Shown here in pieces: positions 1-12,455 of a DNA stretch of 64,000 nt. Within the stretch, counting starts at the first letter, position 1; every line of letters starts with the position of its first letter. The notes under the pieces were generated by a model. The model was not told the DNA's origin and did no database searches. It saw only the letters and a list, made by a program, of their open reading frames with translations. Origin of the DNA: Octopus sinensis (lineage: Eukaryota); NCBI RefSeq assembly GCF_006345805.1, contig NC_043024.1, positions 3,968,001-4,032,000 on the forward strand. Direction: 5' to 3'. Both the position numbers and the translations under genes were made by a program.

Positions 1-327
1 GCGTCACCTTTCTGTCACGTGCTGGTGGCATGTGTAAAACAACATTCAAGTTTGGGCATTCCCAGTGCCGCCGGAATGGCTCCCATGCAGGTAGCACCTA
101 AAAAACACCTTTTGAACGTGGTCAATGCCAGTACCGCCTGACTGACCCTTGTGCCGGTGACACATAAAAACACCCACAACACTCGGAGTGGTTAGCATTA
201 GGAAGGGCATCCAGCTGTAGAAACTTTGCCAGATCAGATTGGAGTCTGGTGCAGCCTCTGGCTCACCAGTTCTCAGTCAAACCATCCAGCCCATGCCTGC
301 ATGGAAAGCACACAAACGACTACTACT

Positions 328-797
328 ACTATTATTAATCATTAATTATTATTATCATTAATCATTATTATTATTATTATTATTATTAATAATTAATTAT
401 TATTATTATTATTATTATTAATCATTAATTATTAATATTATCATTAATCATTAATTATTTATTATTATTATTATTTTTATTATTATTATTAATTAATTAA
501 TTATTATCATTATTATTATTAATCATTGATTATTATTATTATTAATCATTATTATTATTATTAATCATTGATTATTATTATTATTAATCATTAATTATTA
601 TTATTTTTATTAGTATTATTATTATTATTAATCATTAATTATAATTATTATTATTATTATTAATCATTAATTATTATTATCATTATTATTATTAATTAAT
701 TAATTATTATCATAATTATTATTAATCATTAATTATTATAATCATTAATTATTATTATTATTATTATCATTATTATTATTGTTATTGTTATTATCAT
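328..797. repeat. (ATT)n / ATC compound microsatellite
   Basis: Read directly. Confidence 0.95.
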
Positions 798-830
798 TCT
801 GGTCTTGACATTAATAATCTCCTGTTTCAG

Positions 831-956
831 GTGTTGTAGTCACATAGCCTGGCTTGAACACACCTACTTCAGCGCTGGCAACAATCAATCCAGTCTTCCG
901 AAGGTTCACCACGAACAACCTGTGATGTCAATACCGAATGCTGACGGCTCTTATAA
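831..956 (+). CDS. ARFGEF3: ARFGEF3 exon ([25 protein letters not shown]...)
   Basis: Acceptor tttcag|G at 830/831; donor AA|gtaagt at 956/957; phase 2 to phase 2. Confidence 0.85.
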
Positions 957-1905
957 GTAAGTGCCAGCCATCACTCACTCTCCCTTTGTCTGTCTGTCTG
1001 AAACAATCCACTCATAATACATATAGGCTTACAAACAATAAGTCCTGGGGTTGATTTGCTCAACTGAAGGCAGTGCTCCAGCATGGCTGCAGTCAAATGA
1101 CTGAAATGAGGTAAAAGAATGAAAGAAGAAGAGAATACTCGCCATGTTCATATAAGGAGATATCAGCAATCAGCCTCCCTCTCTCTCTTTCTTTCTCTCT
1201 CTCTCTTTTTCTCTCTCTCTCTCTTTCCCTCTTTCTCTCTTTCCCTCTTTCTCTCTTTCCCTCTCTCTCTCTTTCCCTCTTCTCTCTCTCTTTCCCTCTC
1301 TCTCTCTCTCCCTTTCCCTCTCTCTTTCCCTCTCTCTCTCTCTTTCCCTCTCTCCTCTCTTTCTTTCTCTTCTCTCTCTCTCTCTCTCTCTCTCTTTCCC
1401 TCTTTCTCTCTCTCTCTCTTTCTCTTTCTCTCTGAAACAATCCACTCACCCTCTTCTCATCGTCGTCATCATCATCATCATTTAATATCCATGTTCCATG
1501 TTGGCATGTGAAGATGCATGGCTCAGTGGTTAGAGCGTTGTGCTTACAATCATGAGGTAGTGAGTTCGATTCCCAGACTGCGCTGTGTGTTGTGTTCTTG
1601 AGCAAGACACTTTATTTCACGTTGCTCCAGTTCACTCAGCTGTAGAAATGAGTTGCGACATGGCCGAGTGTCGGAACTGGCCGAGTCACTGGATGTTCTA
1701 TTCTTTTACTTGTTTCAGTCAGTTGACTGCGGCCATGCTGGAGCACCGCCTTTAGTCGAGCAAATCGACCCCGGGACTTATTCTTTGCAAGCCTAGTACT
1801 TATTCTATCAGTCTCTTTTGCCGAACCGCTAAGTGACGGGGACATAAACACACCAGCATCGGTTGTCAAGCAATGCTAGGGGGACAAGTACAGACATACA
1901 CACAC

Positions 1906-1955
<50 letters not shown>

Positions 1956-3327
1956 TATATACAACGGGCTTCTTTCAGTTTCCGTCTACCAAATCCACTC
2001 ACAAGGCATTGGTCGGCCCGAGGCTATAGTAGAAGACACTTGCCCAAGGTGCCACGCAGTGGGACTGAACCCGGAACCATGTGGTTGGTTAGCAAGCTAC
2101 TTACCACACAGCCACTCCTGCGCCTATATTTGTGTATATTTAACGGTTTTGTTTTTTTTCTTCCAATTCCAGTTGTGATCCTGAGATGTATATGACATCA
2201 ATGGTACCAGTAATGCCTGTGGCACCAACCATTAGTGTACACGAACTGACGAGGCTGAGCAAAGTTGAAGCTGGATGGGAGAGTGCCCTGAGTGGCGGAG
2301 GGGTCCTCAGTGCATCTCATGCTGCCAAAGCGCTTTGTGGACTCTCCCAAGAAGTTGATCGGTAAAATACACCATTGTCTTTTTTTCAACTTTAATTTGT
2401 CTTTGAATGAGAAAAATAAGGGACATACATACTCAAACGTACTCTTCCCCTGACTTTGTTTCCTCATAACTTCCAGAAAAATGCATATTTTTTTTATTGA
2501 AACTCTCCACAAAATAAACTTCATCATCATCGTTTAGCGTCCGTTCTCCATGCTAGCATGGGTTGGACGGTGCAACTGGGGTCTTGGAAGCCAGAAGGCT
2601 GCACCAGGCCCAGTCTGATCTGGCAATGTTTCTACGGCTGGATGCCCTTCCTAACGCCAACCACTCCGCAAGTGTAGTGGGTGTTTTTTATATGCCACCA
2701 GCACAGGTGCCAGGGGAATCTGGCAGCGGCCACGATCGGATGGTGTTTTTTTACGTGCCACCGGCATGGAGGCCAGGCGAGGCTGGCAACGGCCACAATC
2801 AGATGGTGCTTTTTACATGCCACCGGCACGGAAGCCAGTCGGGGCGGCGCTGGCAACGGCCACGTTCAGATGATTCTCTTATGTGCCACCGGCACTGGTA
2901 TCACAGCTACAATTTCCATTGATGTTGATCGATTTTGATTTCGATTTCCACTTGCCTCAACAGGTCTTCACAAGTAGAGTTTTGTGTCCCAAGAAGGAAA
3001 AGTATGCATAAGTGGACTGAGGCCATGGGTTATTGTCTCACTTCAGATGGTGTAAATTCCAATTATATACAAATTTGTTGTGAAAAGTTTTTCAAGGGTG
3101 GAGTAAAGAGTTTGAGTAAATTCACGCAAGTTGACTTTGTTTCCTCATAACTTTCAGAAAAAAGGATATTTTTTAATGAAACTTTCTACAAATACACTTC
3201 AGATGGTTTCAATTCCAATTATATAGGAATCTGTTGTAGAAAATCAGTACCAGTGAAATACTGGGGTCAATATAATCGACTGGCCCCCTCCTGCCAAATT
3301 TAAGGCCTTGTCCCTCCAGTAGAAAGG

Positions 3328-3375
<48 letters not shown>

Positions 3376-6300
3376 GGCGTTAGGAAGGGCATCCAGCCGT
3401 AGAAACATTGCCAGATCAAACTGGGCCTGGCGCAGCATTCTGGCTTCCCAGACCCCAGTTGAACCGTCCAACCCATGCTAGCATGGAAAGCGAACGCTAA
3501 ACGATGATGATGATGATGATGATGATGATTATTACATTCTGAGTTCAAATTCTGCCAAGGTTGACTTTGCCTTTCATCTTTTCGGGGTCGATAAATTTAG
3601 TACCAGTTGCGTACTGGGGTAGCCGATGTAATCGCCTCATCCCCCCCCCCCAAACTACTTCCCTTGTAGCAAAATTTGAAACCATCATCATCATCATTAT
3701 TATTATTAAAGCATTGAGCTAGCAGAATTGTTTGCTCGCTGGACAAAATGCTTAGCGGTATTTTGCTTATCGCTACGTTTTGAGTTCAAATTCCGCCGAG
3801 GTCGACTTCACCTTTCATCTTTACAGGGGTCGATAAATTAAGTACCAGTAAACCACTGGGGGGGGGGTCAATGCAATCAACTAATCACACCCCCTCAAGT
3901 TCCAGGCCTTGTGCCTATAGTAGAAAAGATTATTATTATTTTTATTATTATTAAGGTGTTTAGCAGGCAGAATTGTTAGTGTTCCAGATAATAAGTTTTG
4001 CCAAGGTTAACTTATCCTTCTCTCATTTTGGGGTTGATATAATCGACTATATCCCCACCCCGCTCCACTGAAATTTCAGGCCTTCTGCCTTCAGTAGAAA
4101 GAATTATTGTTCTTGTTGTATATTAAGTTTTTTTTTTATGTTGTTTCTTACTTTTTTTTTTCCTCTTTGTCGTTTAGTCTTTTCGAAGATGCTGCTCAGA
4201 AATTGAACCTGCAAGCTCTGGTTAGCTTCCTGTCTGAGCTCTGCACAGCCAGCCACCACCAGCTCGTACAGCTCTCTACAATCAACGACGATGAAGAAAT
4301 CATCAACGTGGCAATTAAACTACCAACCAACGCCCTCCTGCTCTACAGACTTCAGGAAGTCCTCATGAAGGTCTTGCACACTGGCAGACCCTTGTTACAC
4401 CTGGTGCAGGCTTTCAACGCAGTTTCCACTCATTTGGTTGAGGTAAATAATGGGCTATTTCACCGTTTCGGTACAGTTGAATGTATATTAGTTGGTGTAG
4501 GTCAGAATGTAAACCGTCCAGACTCCAGTTGTCTATTGTGGGCATCTAGCTGCAGAAACCATGCCACAACAGACAATTAGACCCTGGACAGCTCCCTGGC
4601 TGGCCAGTTCCTGTAAAACTGTCCATCCCATGCCAACATGGAAAACGGACGTTAAACAATGATGATATACATTTATATAATAATAATAATATTAGGGAAT
4701 ATTATTCCAAACTTACAGGAAAAAATTCAATTTAGTAGTACTAAATCAAATTTTACAATATATAATATATGTATATAAATTAGAGAAGAACCACCTTGCA
4801 ATTTCCTTGGTGCCACATACAAAGCACCCAGTGCACTCCTTAACCCTTTTGTTACCATTATTTCTGTTGAGATGCTCTGTGTTTCTTTCAATTCATTCTA
4901 AATATTACAAAGAATTTAGTAAAATAACTTCGTTATCATTAAGTTAGTGTTAGGAACATAAATTGTGATTAAGTTTTGGTGGAAGATTTTAATTCAAAAC
5001 TTATAAAAACAAGATATTTGTACTACAGAGACAGAGGTGGTTTCAGGTAGGTTGGTATCAAAAGGGTTAAATTAATAATTTGTTAACCCTTTTGTTACCA
5101 TATTTCTATTGAGATGCTCTGTGTTTCTTTCAATTAATTTTAAATATAACAAAGAATTTAGTAAAATAACTTAGTTATCATTAAGCTAGTGTTAGGAATA
5201 TAAATTGTGACTAAGGTTTGGTGGAAGATTTTAATTCAAAACTTATAAAAACAAGATATTTGTACTATAGAGCCAGAGGTGGTTTCAGGTAGGTTGGTAT
5301 CAAAAGGGTTAAATTAATAATTTGTTAACCCTTTTGTTACCATATTTCTATTGAGATGCTCTGTGTTTCTTTCAATTAATTTTAAATATAACAAAGAATT
5401 TAGTAAAATAACTTAGTTATCATTAAGCTAGTGTTAGGAATATAAATTGTGACTAAGGTTTGGTGGAAGATTTTAATTCAAAACTTATAAAAACAAGATA
5501 TTTGTACTATAGAGCCAGAGGTGGTTTCAGGTAGGTTGGTATCAAAAGGGTTAAATTAATAATTTGTTAACCCTTTTGTTACCATATTTCTATTGAGATG
5601 CTCTGTGTTTCTTTCAATTAATTTTAAATATAACAAAGAATTTAGTAAAATAACTTAGTTATCATTCAGCTAGTGTTAGGAATATAAATTGTGACTAAGG
5701 TTTGGTGGAAGATTTTTAATTCCAAGCACATGAAAACAAGACAGAGGCAGGTTGCTATGAAAAGGGTTAAGAATTGTTTCTCTATTAAATATTCTAAGCT
5801 AGTCACATGACTACATTAGAAGCTGTTTTATGGTTTTTCTGTATCTGTTCTTCTTTTTGTTCAGGCTGCTGGCAACCGGGAAAGACGAATCTCCAAAATG
5901 GCTGTGACCTGTATGCACGATTATATAACGTCAGTATTGAGTACTCACACAGAGAAACCTCATTTTCATGTGAACGAGTTGTTGTGTAAAGGTTTTGAAA
6001 GTCTCTTCTCGATGGATATATGTGATGGAGATGTGCAAGACCAGGTAAGAGGAAGCAATCTACTACCATACCATACTATACGGTACTATTACACCACACT
6101 ATACAGGCACTACGGTACAACACTATACTGGCTGACTATTGTTTCTATGCATCGGTGTATGTGTATGAAGGTATTGATATGTATGTAGACGTGTGTGTGG
6201 GTGGTGCCACGAAAAAACACCTGTGCTGGTTCCACATAAGAACACCTGTGCTGGTGCCACATAAAAACACCTGTGCTGGTGCCACATAAAAAGCACCTGT

Positions 6301-7526
6301 GCTGGTGTCACATAAGAACACCTGTGCGGTGTCACATAAGAGCACCTGTGCTGGTGCCACATAATAGCACCTGTGCTGGTGCCACATAATAGCACCTGTG
6401 CTGGTTCCGCATAAGAACACCTGTGCTAGTGCCACATAAGAACACCTGTGCTGGTGTCACATAAGAACACCTGTGCTGGTGTCACATAAGAACACCTGTG
6501 CTGGTTCCACATGAGAACACCTGTGCTGGTGCCACATAAAAACACCTGTGCTGGTGCCACATAATAGCACCTGTGCTGGTTCCGCATAAGAGCACCTGTG
6601 CTGGTGCCACATAAGAGCACCTGTGCTGGTACCACATAAGAGCACCTGTGCTGGTGTCACATAAGAGCACCTGTGCTGGTGCCACTTAAGAACACCTGTG
6701 CTGGTGCCATATAAGAACACCTGTGCTGGTGCCACATAAAAAGCACCTGTGCTGATGTCATATAAAAAAAAGAAAAGGCACCCAGCACACTCTGTAAAGC
6801 AGTTGGTGTTAGGAAGGGCATCCAGCCATAGAAACCATGCCAAACCACGCAACTGGGGTCTGGGCTCTCTGGCTTCCTAGCTCCCGTCAATCTGTACAAC
6901 CCATGGCTGCATGGAAAACAGATGTTAAATGATGATGATATAGAACCAAAGCATGCCTTGTTCACAATGGATTTTAACATCATCATCATCATCATCGTTT
7001 AACGTCCATTGTCCAAGCTGGCATGGGTTGGACAGTTTGACCAGGGCTGGTAAGCTGGAAGGTTGCACCAAACTCCAGTCTGATTTGGCATGGTTTTCTA
7101 TGGCTGGATGCCCTTCCTAACGCCAACCACTCAGAGAGTATAAGGGGTACTTTTAGATGCCACCGGCACGAGTGCCATTTGCGTGACACCGGTATCTACC
7201 ACGACTGCGATTTTACTTGGCTTGATGGGTCTTCTTCTCAAGCACAACATAATGTCAAAGGTCTCAGTCATTTATCATTGCCTCCATAGGGCCCAACGCT
7301 CGGAAGATGCTTTTTAGGTCCCACCTGCATCAGCCACCTTACCTCCGTGAAAAGTGACCGCTGGTCATGGATCAAACAGTTTTTCTGTGCCTTTGCAGAC
7401 ATGATTTGACCTCTCCTCAGTATGTATGGCTTATATCAAATGTCATCATACACCACTCCAACACCTGAAGTTCTTTGGTGATGGTCATCATTGATTTTCC
7501 TGGTTCATCACCAATAATGTCTTGAG

Positions 7527-7558
<32 letters not shown>

Positions 7559-10393
7559 ATATATGTGTGTGTGTGTGTATATATGTGTGTGTGTGTGTGT
7601 ATATATGTGTGTGTGTGTGTATATATATATATATGTGTGTGTGTGTGTATATATGTGTGTGTGTGTGTATATATGTGTGTGTGTGTGTATATATATATAT
7701 GCGTGTGTGTATATGTATGTATATATGTGTGTCATATTTAAAAAATATTTCATGTATTCTATTCTTTCAGGTTGTATGTTCAATCTGTGAACTTGTGGAA
7801 GCTTGCACAGCCGAGATCCGATCCGGGTGGAGACCCCTGTTTGCAGCTCTCCAGGCTGTGAAGATTGAATACACTTTAAATGAGGAAATTAACGAATCTC
7901 GACAGCGCCATATTGCTGCTGTTCTTGATGTCTTCGAAGTCTTCCTCAACACAGACAATATTTTGGTCTTTGCCAATGCGGCCGTCGACTGTATACTCTG
8001 TCTGTTGAAGTACGTCCGTGGCCCAGGTAAGTTTACAGTAGACTGTTGTTGCTGCTTTGTTTGTGTGTTTGTTTGTTTGTTGAGCGAAGCGGTCTTCGTC
8101 CCAGAGCTCGCAAGATGGGAGAAGTCCAAAACGTGGTCCTTTGCTATTCGTAAGACCCGCAGAAGAGAAACCAGGTCACCCCCACCCCCCGACACCGAGA
8201 GCATCGACGGATGGATGAAATGAATGCGCATCCAGGCTCGGCGGTTGCGTAGGAAGTTGGGGGACAAGAAACAGGAAGAAAGAGTGAGAGAAAGCTGGAG
8301 CGAAAGAGTACAACAGGGGTCGCCACCACCCCCTGCCAGAGCCTCATGGAGCTTTTTAGGTGCTTTCGCTCAATAAACACACACAACGCTCGGTCTGGGA
8401 ATCAAAACCGCGATCCTCCGACCGCGAGTCCGCTGCCCAAACCATTGGGCCATTGCGCCTCCACTTATTGTTGCTGCCGTTCTTGTGCTCTCTTCATCAT
8501 CATTGGTGGTCCTCATTTTCGTCAGTGGACCCCTTTGGTTACTATTTTACTCTGGTATATCCCCATAGCCATTCAATGTTTAAAATCTTGTTTTATAGAA
8601 TCTTCTGTTAAAATTCCTGTTTTGTTTTTCACACATTAACTTGTGTAGGTTGAAGTATGTAAAATGTCACAGAAAAAAATTGAGTTGTTTCTGGCAATAA
8701 ATACATCTAATCTATTTATCTCGCCAGTGTTACCTGAGTGGCACCTGTGCCAGTGACACGTAAAAAGCCCCATTCGAACATAGCTGATCCCAGTGCCACC
8801 TGACTGGTACCCATGCCAGTGGTACATAAAAAGCACCATTCAAGTGTGGTTGATATCAGTGCCACATAATTGACACCTGTGCTGTTGGCACGTAAAAGCA
8901 TCATTCAAGTGTGGTCAATGCCAGTGCCACATGACTGGCACCTGTACTGTTGGACAGCCACAAGCTGTGGAGCAGTCTTTGAAGTAGCCGTTCATGGCCA
9001 GTCACGCTGTTTGGGCCACCTGGGCCGATAGCAAAGTACGCCATTATAATACAGGACATAAACGTGTTGAGCAAGATGTAACAGTCCCACTGTCAATTGA
9101 AGGGATATTCTGTATTCTGTACTTTCCGTTAGCCTATTCCCAAGTGTATGTACATATGGAGGCACATGGCCTAGTGGTGAGAGCAGCAGACTCGCGGTCG
9201 AGGGATCGAGGGTTCGAATCTCAGACCGGGCGATGTGTGTGTTTATGAGCAAAAACACCTAAGCTCCTCGCGGCTCCGGCAGAAGGTAATGGCGAAACTT
9301 CTGCCGACTCTTTCGCCACAACTTTCTCTCGCTCTTTCCTCCTGCATCTTGCAGCTCACCTGCGATGGACCGGCATCCCGTCCAGGTGGGGAACCTATAC
9401 GCCAAGGAAACTGGGAAACGGCCCTTATGAGCCAGGCATGGCTCGAGAAGGAAGAAACAAAGTGTATGTACCCCACAAGTGATGTGTGCCCTCATCTGCA
9501 TTAATTTTCTATTCCAGGTGAGTTTGAATGCTCCAGTGATGGAGATTCTGACTCTGGCAGTGATTTCGCCACCAATGACTGCACGGAGAACCTCTGTCTC
9601 CCAGCCCTCAACTACCTGAAGCAGTGTTGCCACATGTTGGCCTCCATGTGGAAAATGCCACAGTCTCCAATTTTCAACAGTGCACACAGGTATGTAAACG
9701 AACATTTCTCTGTAAACTTGTTACCTGTACAAATATGTTCAAAAGAGAATTTGAACCTGTATGAATACCATTTACTGTATTTTGTCAGGGAGAAAATTTC
9801 TCATTAGGGACCAATGATTTTCGACTAGGGTCATATGATCCTTAATGAAGCCATATGAGATTTTGTCGTTAAAAAGTATGTGCAATAAAATGGTTAAATT
9901 TCTCCGATGTACAAATTATTAGAGTCAACATCCATTGACATCATCATCGTCATCATTTAACGTCCATAGGTGCAGGAGTGGCTGTGTGGTAAGTAGTTTG
10001 CTTACCAACCACATGGTTCCGGGTTCAGTCCCACTGCGTGGCACCTTGGGCAAATATCTTCTACTATAGCCTCGGGCCGACCAAAGCCTTGTGAGTGGAT
10101 TGGGTAAATGGAAACTGAAAGAAGCCCGTCGTATATATGTATGTATATATATATGTGTGTGGATTTGGTAGGCGGAAACTGAAAAGAAGCCCGTCGTATA
10201 TGTATATATTTTAATAATGGGTGCAGGAGTGGTTGTGTGGTAAGTAGCTTGCTTACCAACTACATGGTTCCAGGTTCAGTCCCACTGCGTGGCACCTTGG
10301 GCAGTGTCTTCTACTATAGCCTTGGACCGACCAAAGCCTTGTGAGCAGATTGGATAAATGGAAACTGAAAGAAGCCCGTCGTATATATGTATG

Positions 10394-10432
<39 letters not shown>

Positions 10433-12416
10433 CTCCTCCAACATCGCTTGACAACCGATGCTAGTGTCTCTATGTCCCTGTAACTTAGCGGTTCGGCACA
10501 AGACACCGATAGAATAAGTACTAGGCTTCCAAAGAATAAGTCCTGGGGTCGCTTTGCTCGACTAAAGGCGGTACTCCAGCATGGCCACAGTCAAATGACT
10601 GAAACAAGTAAAAGAATAAAAGAATTTTTTCTCTTTTTTATGTAATTTCCTGATAATATTTAATTATAAAAATATAATAGGATTTCATTAAACGTGAAAT
10701 GGTTTTAAGGGTCCAGCCGATTGAAACAGGAATCAAAAGGGTCTGTAGGCAAAAAAATGGCTGAGAACCTCTGCTGTAGACTAAAAGGTATAAACACCCC
10801 CAGGTCTGTTTCGAGAGCCCCTGCCCAGATCGATGAAAGCAGGCGTTATGGAGCAGTTGTCCTCACATCTGCATTGAACAGTTGTAAGGGAGGTAACTGT
10901 GAATTGACTATTACAGACTTGGGTTGTCTTCCTTGATTCCTGTCAAAATATTTTGACTTCTTGTGCTAACTGGCTGTCCAACTGGTCGGAAAATACGAAT
11001 TAGAAACACTGAGCAGAGATTTATATATGCTGTGTGGTAAGTAGCTTGCTTACCAACCACATGGTTTCGGGTTCAGTCGCACTGCATAGCACCTTGGGCA
11101 AGTGTTATTTTCCTATAGCCTCGGGCCGACCAATGCTTTGTGAGTGGATTTGGTAGATGGAAACTGAAAGAAGCCCGTCATATATATATGTATATATATA
11201 TATTTCTTTACTACCCACAAGGGGCTAAACACAGAGGGGACAAACAAGGACAGACAAACGGATTAAGTTGATTACATCGACCCCAGTGCATAACTGGTAC
11301 TTAATTTATCGACCCTGAAAGGATGAAAGGCAAAGTCAACCTCGGCGGAATTTGAACCCAGAACGTAACAGCAGTCGAAATATGGCTAAGCATTTTGCGT
11401 GGCGTGCTAACGTTTCTGCCGGCTCGCCGCCTTATGCATATATATGTATGTGTGTGTCTGTGTTTGTCCCTCCAACATTGCTTGACAACTGATGCTGGTG
11501 TGTTTACATCCCCGTCACTTAGCAGTTCGGCAAAAGAGACCCAATAGAATAAGTACTAGGCTTCCAAAGAATAAGTCCCGGGGTCGATTTGCCCGACTAA
11601 AGGTGGTGCTCCAGCATGGCCGCAGTCAAATGACTGTAACAAGTAAAAGGAAGAAAGAGAGAAAGAATATCAGCAGTCCCCAACGGTTTTGCGCTTGCGA
11701 CCCCTTACCCAAAAGCTTGAAACCCTCGCAAACCCCTATTGTCAGCAAAGCATGTAAAAATGTAATCAATGAATTGAAATTCATATTATTCCAAACCATT
11801 TCTAGCAAGGCTACTTGACCAGGCTACTTTGCAACCCCCACCTCCCAAGGGGTCGGGAACCACCAGTTGGGAACCCCTGCTCTATATGATTGATCGATTG
11901 ATGTTATAAAATTAGCAGTGAAATCTTCATCAAGGTGGTCTTTGTTGTCTTCAGGAATAAAGCACATGTTAAGTAATTTGGTCAGTGTATCGAGGCTGCG
12001 TTGTTACTCTCTCTAGTACCAGTAATACGGTGAGGTGTATAATTAGAGATCAATAGTGGAGCTTTCAGCTTTTGGTTGTGTTAGTCATTGGACTGCGCCC
12101 ATGCTGGGGCACTGCCTTGAAAAGTTTTAGTTGAATGAAATGACCCCAGGACTTGTTTTTTAAAGCCGGGTCCTTATTTTATCAGTCCCTTTTTTTTTTG
12201 CCGAAGCGATGAGTTTATGGGGACATAGACAAACCAACACCTGTTACCAAGCAGTAGTGAAAGACAAACACAAAGAAACACCCACATATGCACACACACA
12301 CACAGACACACACACACACACACATAAAGACACACCCACATATGCACACACACACACGCACGCACACACACACACACATGCACATGCACACACACACACA
12401 GTCACACCCACATATG

Positions 12417-12455
<39 letters not shown>

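Noticed and set aside
1508-1590. tRNA genes (also near 8400-8460, 9160-9230, 20910-20980 and 26190-26260)
   Set aside because: A and B boxes are present, but there is no proper acceptor stem and each continues into a repeated SINE body
1093-1605. RE-rich, SL-rich, YI-rich and HT-rich ORFs throughout the window
   Set aside because: They are microsatellite translations
1863-2195. Recurrent short ORFs such as [34 protein letters not shown]
   Set aside because: Chance reading frames in a high-copy SINE, not a gene family
6203-6760. CRISPR-like regular repeats (also at 27965 and 54089)
   Set aside because: There are no unique spacers and no cas genes, and the context is a eukaryotic intron; these are plain tandem repeats
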